64,000 bases of DNA, from positions 201,936,001 through 202,000,000 of the forward strand of contig NC_058368.1 of assembly GCF_018350175.1 (NCBI RefSeq), read 5' to 3'. Below the pieces are notes generated by a model that did not search any database, had not been told where the DNA came from, and was given only the letters and a program-made list of their open reading frames with translations. The translations under genes were made by a program, and so were the position numbers. How positions within the stretch are numbered: the stretch's first letter is position 1; every line of letters starts with the position of its first letter. Source of the stretch: Felis catus. Its lineage: Eukaryota. Shown piece by piece: positions 11,131 through 23,667 of this stretch.

Positions 11131-14100
11131 AATTTTTTAAAAAATAAAATGAAATAGTAAAAATATTGTATACATATCTTTAAAAACGGAAATTTGCTGA
11201 GAAACAAAATAATATTTGGAAAAGAGAAGTCCTGAGACTATTCAATTATTCAAGAATTCAATTATCTCAGAATTAATTTAGAAGTTTAATGTCATTTTTG
11301 ATCGTTACAATGGGGAACATTTCTAACATAATTTTCTTTTGGAATTCAACCAAGTTTTAACAAAATGTATTTGTTAGAATGGGAGGGAGGGACAGGTTTT
11401 TCCATCAGATATAAAATGTATTCTGAATTTACAGTGTATAATGCTGAGTCAGAAATTATGGAACATGATAGATACATCAGAAATAGGCAATACACAGAAC
11501 ATACATCTGAATCAAATATATACAACATGGGACCTATTTGAAGAGTAAAGGCAAATAAATGTTTATTTTGGGTGCTTCCTAAGCTCCTAAGCTTTCCACA
11601 GAAGAGAAACCTCAGAGTTAACTTGTTAAAAAATTAAATCAAACACTAGATGGAAATTTATTTCCTCTTAACCAAACTGTCAAGTCTTTTAGAAAAGTTA
11701 TGTCTCTATTATGGAAAATTTTTATTACTTATTATTGGAAGTTGTCAGTTTTGGATGAAGTTATGAAGCCTCAGATACTTATTTGATTATGTCTCAAAGG
11801 GTTTTGATTGTTTTAAAAGACATTTTTTTCTGACAATTTATATGTCATCTCCCCAAAAAAAATTCTAGGGGGAGAGGATGGCACTGTCTTTGGAAAGGCT
11901 TAGATTCCTGCTGAAGGATTCTGAGGAAGCTTGAAGGGAAGGAAGACCTTGGAGTCTCCCTTAGATGCTGTTTCTGAAGCAGGATTAGGAGAAGGAGGAA
12001 TTAACTAGGGCTTGGGTGCTGTCATGATGCAAGGGCGTTTAGCAATTGGGTGTCCCCAGTAATAGTGGGTGGGGAGAGCAAAGCAAGTCCAAGAGCCTCA
12101 TTGGTAACAAAGCAGCGGTCACAGAAAGAAGAGATCATGATAGCAGTTTATAGGGACTGCTTGACCTTGGAAAAAAGTTTCCTGTTCTTTGCAGGAAGCA
12201 GGGCTTCATCTGTGTCCTCCCAGCTTGATTAACAGCAAGGATACTTTTTTTTTTTTTTTCCAGTCTAAGCTAATTTTCAGCTTTTCTGTTCCAGACAGAT
12301 TTTACTCTTTCACGTCTACAGACCCTATTCGAATTTAATTCTCCTGTTTGTTATATAGCTCTTAAAAATAGCTATATAACTGTTGATATCCAACTTTATT
12401 TTGACAATCCAACAGAAAACTAGTGTGAATTTATGCGGCTGTTATCCAAAATTATGCTATTGAAGACGTGGATTAATGACAAGAATATTCAATGTAAGAA
12501 TGTTATCAATTTTGGTGTTGAGTTTCAATGTAAAGGATATGAGTTTCAGTATGAAAAGAATATGAAAACATTGGAGGTGAATTCCAAGAGCTGATCAGAT
12601 TATGCAGCGAGGGTATTTGCATTAGTTGGAGCTGGGCCATGGGGGAGTGGGCGAGAAAGAACCCCTAAAAGGGTGAAGAACTAAACATTTAATATCATGT
12701 TCTTCTTTCACTACCTCATTTCCACAGCTCGTTGTTGGAGCAGCACTGATCTTTCTGTCACCACTGTCACAATGCTTCCTTGGCCTTAAGAACCTTTGGA
12801 AAGGGGGCACTCCTTGTAAGTTACCAGACTCAGAGGAAGCAATTAACTCTCTACTTTTGTCCCACTGTCCTCTCTCTCATCCTTCCACTCTGGCCTCCCC
12901 TTCTCAGCCCTCTGCCCCTCCCTCTTCCCTGCTCTAAGCTACATTCCCACTTACTCTCCCCCGTCCCCCTTCCCTTGGGGGAAAGAGTGGGAAGTAAATA
13001 CATGCAAAGAAATATCAAGGGTGATTTGGCTACGTAAGAGAGAAATGGTTAGATCTGTGGACGAGCATCTATAAGCAGTTGCTGACGTTAGAACTAGGGC
13101 CATGCAGAACTGCATGTTTAAAGTGTCAGCATAGCTGTTAGATAAAGTCCACATAAAACTCCTAGGGAAGGAAAAACATTTGCCCAAGAGGAGAGTAGGG
13201 AGAATGAAGAAACAATCTCTAAGTATGTCTAAACCAAAACTAAAGGGCAGAAAATTGGACAGGGAGGAGTGGGCTCATGATATTGGCAAAGAATCTTTAG
13301 TAAATGTAAAGGGAAAGCACTAGAATTACCCTCTTGGAAATACAGGCTGTCTAGGATATCAGCATTTTGAAAGCATAATTTGGTAGACAAATGGTCTTAG
13401 GATGTGAACTACACAATAGAACATAGAATGGAAAAGGCAGTGGAGGGAAAGCAAGGACAATTTGAACGTACATCTTTGTAATGTTTTCCTGTTTAGTGTT
13501 TGGGGAGGTTCTGTTGGTTTGATGGTGAGAAGAAAATCATGAAAGTTGAACTAATCCATGATGAAAGATGCTCAAAGACCTTAAGTATATCTTTGTTAGA
13601 CATTATTAAAACCTCTGTGATTTCTGGTAGTGACTGAAAAGAAAATCCATATACTTCTTATTGTGAAATAAACACTTTCCAATATATTTTTTTTTCTGTT
13701 GTGGGGGGAGGGGAAGGAAAAGAGTAGGATGGACTAACTGAATGGTAAAAATACTTGACTAAGCACCTGTTGTAGTGTGAATTTAGGAAATTTGCTTTTT
13801 CAAGTTTGCATGAACAGGGTTGGAAAATGAGATTAGAGAATTAAGAATGTTGTTAGCTAATTTGTGACTTATATGTGTATAGATTATATATGGAATCCAA
13901 GAAAAAAGTAAATCTGAAACACTCTGGTTCAATTTACCTATCTTCAAGATATTTCTCTTTAACATCAAAGGACTGTAATTAAAATCAACAGGTTGTAAAG
14001 ACGAGTATTAAGACTTATAAGGAAAAAAATTTAATTATAAAAGAAAAAATTTTAAATACTTGAAATAGTCATTGAAATAGTCATGAAGAAATATTACTTA

Positions 14101-15329
14101 ATTGCCATATAGTACAAATGTCTACTCTAAGCAGAGAGAAGGAAAAAAACTTAGCTAAACTTTTGACATAGATGAGAAAACATTTTTTAGATATTTAAAA
14201 GTTAAATGCAAACAACCTGATATTTGAAAAAGTGGTTGACAAGAGTTAGTCTGTAGGAGATTAGGCATATAAGATTGCTGCTACTGAATTATATTTGACT
14301 CATGAAAATGGTAATTTCATGTGATTCAAATGAGTAGGTGATTTACAAGTATTTATTGAGTGCATATAGAATAATGTGCAATTTTACCTTTAAGGAGGAA
14401 AGTTTTCATTGATCTTTATAAACACTCATCCAAAGTTAATCATAAAAGTAAAATCATATAGTATTGACTAATTTCATAAATGTTGGGGGCAAACAGAATA
14501 GAGGAGGAACCATGATAGGAATTCATGGAACACAATTTTTCCTGGTGGCTTTGGAACACATTTTCCCTTGTGTATTATTTTCTTGTTTGTGATGAAAGCC
14601 TTAGATATTTATAAAACATTTTACAATTTTCCTGGTCTGTTATGAGGTCGATTTCTTTAGCAGTAAGTAATTTCTGATACAGAATTTTAATACCATTGAT
14701 CACTTGGAAAACACGTTTTTGAAAAATTATTCTGTGAATAAAGTTATTCTGTGTATAAATATCTGAAATGAGCAGTATCTCAGGGGAAGTTTGAGATCTT
14801 TTTCTCCAAAACAGCCAAGCAGCTATTCAGCAGCACGTCCCAGGGGCAATGCCAAGGAGCTAAAATTTCCCTGGAGAATGTAATAAGGATAAAGACTGAG
14901 CTTTTATTTTGGCTTAAGAAGCGACAAAAGTTCCTTCTGGAGTTTTGAGAATTCAATTTAAATTAAATGTCAGCCATTTCTTCCCTAAACAATGCTTAGG
15001 TTGCTAAGGGGAGAACAGGTACATTTCAGCAGGAGAAATATTTTGTCTTCTTGTAAATAAGGCAAAATAAAAAAAGAGTTTCTCCTGCCTTCAAATTTTC
15101 ATTGTCATCACAAATACTCAGGATGTCTTTCTTTTCTTTTCCTATAAAGCAATTTATTATTTTTGTTTTCATTGGGTTCGTATCATTAAATGCACTGCAA
15201 TGAGCCTTTTTTTTCCTCATTTTTACTTTTTAAATTCCATTGAGTCTCAAAAGTTGGCAAAAAATAGAACAACATGGCCAAATTCATCATTCATAAATAA
15301 TCACAGTGATACAAATCACTTTTTTGGTT

Positions 15330-15530
15330 TGAATTGTACTTAGGAGTTTTTCCAGCACTTAGCCATATGATTGTCTCATTTCCCAAAAACCTTTGAGGTA
15401 CATATGGCACTTGATCCCCCCTCCCTTTGACCTGTGAGGAAATGGAGGCACATATCGGTTAGTGATGTGCTCAAAATAAAGAGCAATGTTAGGAGTAGCT
15501 TCCTGGTGCCAAATCCCCAATTCTGAACCA
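15330..15530 (-). mobile_element. MIR SINE
   Basis: gaggaaatggaggcac...gttagtgatgtgctcaa core in reverse orientation. Confidence 0.6.
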
Positions 15531-16051
15531 TAGGCTACCTCATGAGGTTCCTATGCCAGGGCCTCTGGGGCAGGGGTTTATCTAGAGATTCTGGGCCCTT
15601 GATTAATAAACCTGAAAAGGACATCTTTACCCTGAAAAGTTCAGGGGCCATGTGGATGACAGAGTGAGAAGACCCTATAACTGAGGTGTGCCTCATCCTG
15701 CTCTTCTCCTCACAGCCTTCTTGCAGACCTGAGAAACACAAGTCATTGATCTTCAATCAACTAAAAGATTGATTTTGAGTGAAAGGTACTTCCTCCAGGC
15801 TGACAAGATTTAGCTGAAATGAGGAATATAAATACAGTATCTAGTAGCTGAGTAAATCCCCTTGGTTGAATTATGTCTTCCAATTCTGTGACTTTCCAAT
15901 TTTTCTCTTGGGAGCCCTCCAACATCGAGGGCTCCAAACACTTCTAGGGCTAAACCTTTAGCTAAACCTATGCCCTGAGGCTGTTTTTTGTTTCGCTTTT
16001 GTGTTTTGGGGGGAAAAGAAGGGACATTTTTGAATTAATGTATGATCTAAA

Positions 16052-16195
16052 GTAGCAATTCTCAATCTTGATATTTAAAAATAAACTCATACTCGGTCCC
16101 ACCCCAGAGATTCTGATTGAATTAGGCCCAAGCAACAATATTTTTCTTAAGCTCTCAAAAGATTCCAATGTGTAACTAGAGCTGAGAATCACTGT
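16052..16195. mobile_element. MER5A-like hAT-Charlie DNA transposon
   Basis: cccaccccagagattctgattgaattagg...gctgagaatcactg terminus. Confidence 0.75.
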
Positions 16196-17630
16196 TCCCA
16201 GGCAATCATCATAGACATATTTTAGAGAAGGTCTAAAGAAAAGATCAGAGGACAATGCAATACTATATGCTTTTAAAACATTAAAAGAATATATATTAAG
16301 AGAACATACATACTGAGGAAATCCCAATTATGAAAAGGGATTCAGGATTGTGATAGGACTATTAATGCATGGATCTTAAACTGGGTGTACTCGACTCTCC
16401 TGTTCAGCAAAGCTGAAAGGAAACAAACTTTACAAACTGTGCTCTGATAGAAGGGAGATCTGATCCAGTCAAGGCAGATAAGTGATAGAAGAGAAACTTT
16501 GAACAGGCAGAAGTAGGAGAGAAAGATCTAGAGGAAAGGTGATGTTCAGTTTTAAAAATCTGAGTTGGGCCAAAAATATTATGAACCAAGAAGTTGGAGA
16601 TGAAATGGAACCAATGGTGAGAACTTCGGAGCTCAAGGTAAAGATGTTGCTCTGGTTATGGCACTGTATTTCCTAGTGTTTCAAGGTATATTTCTCGGGA
16701 GATGAAATATAGGCTCCTATTTCTTCCCTTTCTTAGAAAAGGAAAAGCAAAAGTTATTATTAATTTAATTGCTTTTTCCTAGATAGCTTGCAATGCTTGG
16801 CAGCAGGGCATAGTAGGAATAATAAATAAGTACTTGGGACTCAGTCAGTCCTAGAATCACACCTGACTCAGGCCATTTGTTGTAGTGAGAAAGGACCCTG
16901 AAATATTAAACTGTGTGCATCTCTTTCTTGTCTACACCTCTGGGGAATTTTAACTGCCTTACAGGATTTAGGTTGAACAGAGAGGTAAAGAGGAAACACA
17001 GCTAATTTAAAAATATCTTTTACTTTCAACCTAGACTTTTGAGAATAAAAAGAGAAGGCTGTCAGGGGAGCAGAGGGCAGGATATCGGCCATAAACATTT
17101 GCCTCTTCCCTGAGAAATAGGACAAGAAGATGGCCAGCCTTGAGGAGGAGAACTGGTGAAGGAAAAGAATGGTGGTCTCCTCATAGGAGTTTTGGGGAGA
17201 AGTCTGGTGGGTGAACTGGTATACCTGTCATGAGAAAGAGAGGCTGTAAAGAGCATTTAAAAAGATTTGCTTGGACCTTCCTGCAGAGATTCTGGTGAGA
17301 AATGAGACTGAACGTGTATACATACATTCTGAAAGTCTCCCACATGGTTTTCCATACAGCCAGCGTCCTGTAGAGCATGTTGCCTGGTTGACAGTAGGCA
17401 CTCAATATCTGTTGGCCTCTCGTTTTCCACATTTTCATTATTTCCACCATTAACCTCCACGCCTTATCAAGTCTAGTCCCTATTACTGCACAAACGTTTT
17501 GGTTTCCAAAACTTTAGTTTCACGGAATGAAATTATTGCTTTTACTTTGTCATTACCATGACTGAAAGCCACTGATAAGTTTACTCTCACTTTTGGAATG
17601 AAGTCTCATATCTCTAGAGTTAATATTTTC

Positions 17631-17806
17631 TTTTTTATATATTTATTTATTTATACATTGATCGATTGATTGATTGGGGTGGGGAGGGGCAAAGAGAATC
17701 CCAAGCAGGCTCCCAACACAGAGCTCAAACTCACAAACCACGAGATCATGACCTGAACTGAAATCAAGAGTCACACACTTAACTAACTGAGCCACCCAGG
17801 TGCCCC
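17631..17806 (-). mobile_element. CAN-SINE (internally shortened)
   Basis: Head at 17806; diverged TSD tagagtt(t)aat(a/g)ttttc. Confidence 0.9.
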
Positions 17807-18101
17807 TAGAGTTTAATGTTTTCAATAAAGTCATACCAACGTGCCCATGCTACCATAACAAACCCTTCAAATTCTCTGCTCTAAGTAAATTCAGCAACAT
17901 AAAATTCACCATAAAAGATGATGTCTTTGTTTATCCAATTAATAGGTTTCATTGTTTTTAAACTCTTTTGTGCCAGTTGCTTTACTGATGTAACCTCATT
18001 AATCCCCCAAGCACCCATAATAGGATAGAAATGTTCTTTTAGTAATTTCAGTTTTGCAGATTTTTAAAAGAAATAGATGTCTCTTGGAACTTTTGGAGCC
18101 T

Positions 18102-18260
18102 CATTCCTCAAAGTGTGGTCTGGGCCAGTAACATGAGTATCACCCCTAGAATTGCAGAATTTTGGGGTCTGCCCAAGACCTACTGGATCTGAAAATTAGA
18201 AAGGGCAGTTTAACAATATCCTCAGTGGGTCAGTTACACATTACAGGTTAAGAGTATTGC
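18102..18260. mobile_element. MER5A-like DNA transposon
   Basis: ctcaaagtgtggtc...tgcagaattttggggtctgcccaagacctactggatctgaaa. Confidence 0.75.
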
Positions 18261-18265
18261 AAGTA

Positions 18266-18433
18266 GGGATGCCTGGGGGCTCAGTTGGTTAAGCATCCGA
18301 CTTCGGCTCAGGTCATGATCTCTCAGACTGGTTTGTGAGTTCAAGCCCCGCATTTAGGCTCTCCGCTGTCAGCTCAGAGGCCACTTCAGATCCTCTGTCC
18401 CTCTCCCACTCTTTCTGCCCCTCCCCGCTCGTG

Positions 18434-18470
<37 letters not shown>

Positions 18471-18515
18471 CCCCCCTTCTCTCACTCTCAAAAATAAACA
18501 AAAAAATCACTTTAA
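18266..18515 (+). mobile_element. CAN-SINE
   Basis: Head, (CT)n, C-run and A tail. Confidence 0.93.
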
Positions 18516-19157
18516 AAGCACTGCAAATTTAAGTGCTCAGTTAGTTTAGCAAACACTCTACACTCAGCAGTCTGTTGATTGAAGACAAGTAGTATTCATG
18601 CTAGGAATAAGGGACTCATGGTCCCACTGTGATATAGAAATAAAAGTATTTATAATGTATATTTACTTTACTATGAAGGAAAAACTAGTGTTTTTTGTTT
18701 ATTGTATCATCCCATTAGACCCCACCACCACCAACAAAACCACTAGTTAATTCATTGACCTATGTCTGGACAAACAACTTAAAGATCCATTAAATGAAGT
18801 CTGAGGAATTTCCAGATGAAGGATCACTACACTTGATTAGTTTTACAACCACTGTATTAAGGACAGTCATTGAAAACTATCATTATAACCTTTTAAAGAA
18901 AATGTAAGTGGAAAGCTTCATAGCAACCAAACCTTATCCTTATTTGGAGACTGTACTGAAAAACAAATTTGATCCGTGAATTTTGCTCTTTCATTCACTC
19001 ATCAAACAGTAATACCAATCTCACAATGAAAATGCTTAACACAACTTTTAATCGGACGTTGAGACACATACGTGTTTGATAATAGTAAAGGTTATTTTTG
19101 CACTCATTGAGGTCTATAGCATTTTAAAAAATACAGTGAAAACAAAATGATTTTGTT

Positions 19158-19353
19158 CTTTTTTTTGAGGAGGAGGAGAGATAGAGCATAAGTGCAAAGA
19201 GGTAGAGAGAGAGGGAAGACACAGAATCTAAAGCAGTTTCCAGGCTCTGAGCTGTCAGCACAGAGCCTGAAACAGGGCTCGAACCCACAACCTTGAGATC
19301 ATGACCTGAGACGAAGTTGGATGCTCAACTGACTGAGCCCCCCAGGCACTCCC
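19158..19353 (-). mobile_element. CAN-SINE
   Basis: Minus-strand head at 19353 and SINE body. Confidence 0.92.
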
Positions 19354-19536
19354 AAAATCTTTGATTCTAAAGATTAATTGCAAGCCGTAGTCTTTTCATA
19401 TCCTTTTTTAAGAGATCCAAAGAAAAGATGTCATTTCTGAGTTTGACTACAAATTTAACCAAATTCACTAAAATAAATAACCATACACATTACTATTAAA
19501 ATAATAATAATTATTATATCATTTAGTTTAATCACC

Positions 19537-19903
19537 TGTTATGGATATTTGTGTGCCTCCCCTCTCCCAGATTCATATGGTAAAGCCCTAACTCATAAGG
19601 AAGTAATTAAGATAATGAGGTCATAAAATGGAGGCCTTTGTATGATAAAATTAGTGTTTTTATAAGAAGAGACCCCAGAGAGCTCATTCCCTCTCTCTGC
19701 CATGTGAGGACACAGTGAGAAGGGGCCACCTGCAAACCAGGAAGACAGTTTCCCCAGGACACTGATCCTCTTGGACCTAGATCCTGGACTTTGGGCCAGT
19801 GAGAAAATAATTTTTTTATTTGGACAGTGAGGAAATAATTTTCTGTTGTGTACGCTGATCACTCTATGGTATTTTGTTAGGGCAGCTCAAGCAGCCCAGT
19901 GAC
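19537..19903 (+). mobile_element. MLT1A-like solo LTR (MaLR)
   Basis: tgttatgga start; gccatgtgaggacacagtgagaagg; ctatggtattttgtta near the 3' end. Confidence 0.82.
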
Positions 19904-20322
19904 CAATTTTCTCTTCTTCTAACATCTTGCAGAGAATGGAGTTAACTATGGGTAATTTCATTGACAGGGAGCTCTACACTTTAGCAAATATGTGAACCCA
20001 AAGTTCTCTTCAAAACACTGAAGAAGTTTCCCAGAGTCCTTGCAAGTGACCAGGTATTTTATAGGGACCTATTTCAGAGTCCCACTTACCAAGAATACAA
20101 TTTTTAACAAGTTTGCTTATCTGGTTTCATCTTGCATGGATGACTAAAAACTGAAAGAATGGAAAATACTCTGAGCTGGGACCTCATCAAAGTAAAAAGC
20201 TTCTGTACAGTTAAGGAAACAGTCAGCAAAACTAAAAGGCAATTGATGGAATGGGAGAAGATATTTGCAAACGACATATCAGATAAAAGGTTAGTATCCA
20301 AAATCTATAAAGAATTTATCAA

Positions 20323-21219
20323 TGTATTTTCCTCTCAGGACTGCCTTTGCTGCATCCCAAAGCGTTTGGATTGTTGTATTTTCATTTTTGTTTGTTTCCA
20401 TATATTTTTTAATTTCTTCTCTAATTGCCTGGTTGACCCATTCATTCTTTTGTAGGGTGTTCTTTAACCTCCATGCTTTTGGAGGTTTTCCAGACTTTTT
20501 CCTGTGGTTGATTTCAAGCTTCATAGCATTGTGGTCTGAAAGTATGCATGGTATGATCTCAATTCTTGTATACTTATGAAGGGCTGTTTTGTGACCCAGT
20601 ATGTTATCTATCTTGGAGAATGTTCCATGTACACTCGAGAAAAAAGTATATTCTGTTGCTTTGGGATGCAGAGTTCTAAATATATCTGTCAAGTCCATCT
20701 GACCCAATGTATCATTCAGGGCCCTTGGTTTTTTTATTGACCATGTGTCTAGATGATCTATCCATTTCTGTAAGTGGAGTGTTAAAGTCCCCTGCAATTA
20801 CTACATTCTTATCAATAAGGTTGCTTACGTTTGTGAGTAATTGTTTTATATATTTGGGGGCTCCTGTATTTGGCGCATAGACATTTATAATTGTTAGCTT
20901 TTCCTGATGGATAGACCCTGTGATTATTATATAATGCCCTTCCTCATCTCTAGTTACAGCCTTTAATTTAAAGTCTAGTTTGTCTGATATAAGTATGGCT
21001 ACTCCAGCTTTCTTTTGACTTCCAATAGCATGATAAATAGTTCTCCATCCCCTCACTTTCAATCTGAATGTGTCCTCAGGTCTAAAATGAGTCTCTTGTA
21101 GACAGCAAATAGATGGGTCTTGTTTTCTTTATCCATTCTGATACCCTATGTCTTTTGGCTGGCACATTTAGTCCATTTACGTTCAGTGTTATTATAGAAA
21201 GATATGGGTTTAGAGTCAT
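20323..21219 (-). pseudogene. L1 ORF2p N-terminus (APE-like endonuclease), frameshifted and truncated after WDAAKAVLRGK
   Basis: MTLNPYLSIITLNVNGLN, KKAGVAILISDK, NVYAPN, AGDFNTPL, SKID, SDHN motifs spread over three frames. Confidence 0.95.
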
Positions 21220-21269
21220 TGTGATGTCCATAGGTTTCATGCTTGTAGTGATGTCTCTGGTACTTTGTC

Positions 21270-22162
21270 TCACAGGATCCCCCTTAGGATCTCTTGTAGG
21301 GCTGGTTTAGTGGTGACGAATTCCTTCAGTTTTTGTTTGTTGGGGAGGACCTTTATCTTTCCTTCTATTCTAAATGACAGACTTTCTGGATAAAGGATTC
21401 TTGGCTGCATATTTTTTCTGTTCATCACATTGAAGATTTCCTGCCATTCCTTTCTGGCCTGCCAAGTTTCAGTAGAGAGATCTGTCACGAGTCTTATCGG
21501 TCTCCCTTTATATGTTAGAGCACGTTTCTCCCTAGCTGCTTTCAGAATTTTCTCTTTATCCTTGCATTTTGCCAGTTTCACTATGATATGTCGTGCAGAA
21601 GATTGATTCAAGTTATGTCTGAAGGGAGTTCTCTGTGCCTCTTGGATTTCAATGCCTTTTTCTTTCCCCATTTCAGGGAAATTCTCAGCTATTATTTCTT
21701 CAAGTACACCTTCAGCACCTTTCCCTCTCTCTTCCTCCTCTGGAATACCAATTATGTGTAGATTATTTCTCTTTAGTGCATCACTTAGTTCTCTAATTTC
21801 CCCTCATACTCCTGGATTTTTTTATCTCTCCTTTTCTCAGCTTCCTCTTTTTCCCTAATTTTATCTTCTAGCTCCCCTATTCTCTCCTCTGCCTCTTCAA
21901 TCTGAGTTGTGGTTGTCTCCATTTTACTTTGCAGCTCATTTATAGCATTTTTTAGCTCCTCCTGCCTGTTCCTTAGTCCCTTGATCTCTGTAGCAATAGA
22001 TTCTCTGCTGTCCTCTATACTGTTTTCAAGCCCAGCGATTAATTTTGTGACTATTATTCTAAATTCACTTTCTGTTATATTGTTTAAATCCTTTTTGATC
22101 AGTTTGTTAGCTGTCATTATTTCCTGGAGATTCTTTTGAGGGGAATTCTTCCGTTTCGTCAT
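21270..22162 (-). pseudogene. L1 ORF1p (coiled-coil, RRM, CTD), disrupted near 21790
   Basis: MTKRKNSPQK start; coiled-coil heptads; RHIIVKL, KILKAAREK, QPRILYP, KPALQEIL motifs. Confidence 0.95.
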
Positions 22163-23082
22163 TTTTGATAGTCCCTGGAGTGGTGCAGAACTGCGGGGTA
22201 CTTCCCCTGTGCTGTCTTGAATAACTTGTGTTGGTGGGCAGGGCGCAGTCAGACCTGATATCTGCCCCCAGCCCACCGCTGGGACCACAGTCAGACTGGT
22301 GTGTACCTTCTCTTCCTCTCTCCAAGAGGTGGGATTCACTGTGGAGTGGTGTGGCCCGTCTGGGCTACTTGCACACTGCCAGGCTTGTGGTGCTGGGGAT
22401 GTGGCGTATTAGCTGGGGTGGATCGGCAAGGTGCAGGGGAGGTGGAAGGGGCAGGCTCAGCTCGTTTATCCTTGGGAGATCTACTTCAGGAGGGACCCTG
22501 CGGGAGGGAGTCAGACCCGCCACCCCCGGAGGGATGGATCTGCAGAAGCACAGCAGGTGTTTGCACGGTGCAAGCAAGTTCCCTGACAGGAACTGGTTTT
22601 CTTTGGGATTTTGGCTGGGGGATGGGCGAGGGGGATGGCGCTGGCGAGTGCCTTTATTCCCCACCAAGCTGAGCTCTATCCTCCGGGGCTCAACAACTCT
22701 CTCTCCTGTTGTCCTCCAGCCCTCCTGCTCTCCGAGCAGAGCTGTTAACTTATAACCTTCCAGATGTTAAGTCCCGCTTGCTGTCAGAACACATTCTGTC
22801 TGGCCCCTCCGCTTTTGCAAGCCAGACTCGGGGGCTCTGCTTTGCCGGCGGGCTGCCCCTCCTCCCTGGCTCCCTTCTGCTAGTCCGTGTAGCGTGCACT
22901 GCCTCGCCACCCTTCCTGCCCTCTTCCGTGGGCCTCTTGTCTGCACTTGGCTCCAGAGAATCTATTCTGCTAGTCTTCTGGTGGTTTTCTGGGTTATTTA
23001 GGCAGGTGTAGGTGGAATATAAGTGATCAGCAGTACGCGGTGAGCCCAGCATCCTCCTACGCCATCATCTTCCTTTGATCTC
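22163..23082 (-). promoter_or_regulatory. L1 5'UTR internal promoter region
   Basis: GC-rich and partly CpG-retaining; lies upstream of the ORF1 ATG; L1 5'UTRs carry an internal Pol II promoter; activity here not shown. Confidence 0.6.
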
Positions 23083-23593
23083 CTATAAAGAATTTATCAA
23101 ACTCAACATCCAAAAAACAAATAATCCAGAAGAAATGGGCAAAAAACGTGAATAGACGCTTTTCCAAAGAAGACATCTAGATGGCCAACCGACACACGAA
23201 GAAATGCACAACATCACTAATCATCAGGGAAATACAAATCAAAACCACAATGAGATACCACCTCACACCTGTCAGAATGGCTAACATGAACAACTCTGGC
23301 AACAACAGATGTTGGTGAGGATGCGGAGAAAGAGGATCTCTTTTGCATTGTTGGTGGGAATGCAAACTGGTGCAGCCACTCTGGAAACAGTATGGAAGTT
23401 CCTCAAAAAATTAAAAATAGAACTACCCTACAACCCAGCAATTGCACTACTAGGTATTTATCCAAAGGATACAGGTATGCTGTTTTGAAGGGGCACATGC
23501 ACCCCAATGTTTATAGCAGCATTATCAACAATAGCCAAAGTATGGAAGGAGCCCAAATGTCCATCAATGGATGAATGGATAAAGAAGATGTGG

Positions 23594-23597
23594 TATA

Positions 23598-23665
<68 letters not shown>
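23594..23665. repeat. (TA)n(CA)n compound microsatellite within L1
   Basis: Direct reading. Confidence 0.95.

Positions 23666-23667
<2 letters not shown>

Larger units (their letters stand above)
20323..23082 (-). mobile_element. 3'-truncated felid L1: complete 5'UTR, ORF1 and ORF2 endonuclease region, no poly(A)
   Basis: 5' end aagatgatggcgtaggagg (decayed YY1-type motif); ORF1 and ORF2 peptides; exact 18-bp flanking duplication. Confidence 0.95.

Noticed and set aside
22228..23052. Several 100-175 aa ORFs on both strands
   Set aside because: They lie in the GC-rich L1 5'UTR where stops are rare; no recognisable protein, and ORF0 is described for primate L1 only
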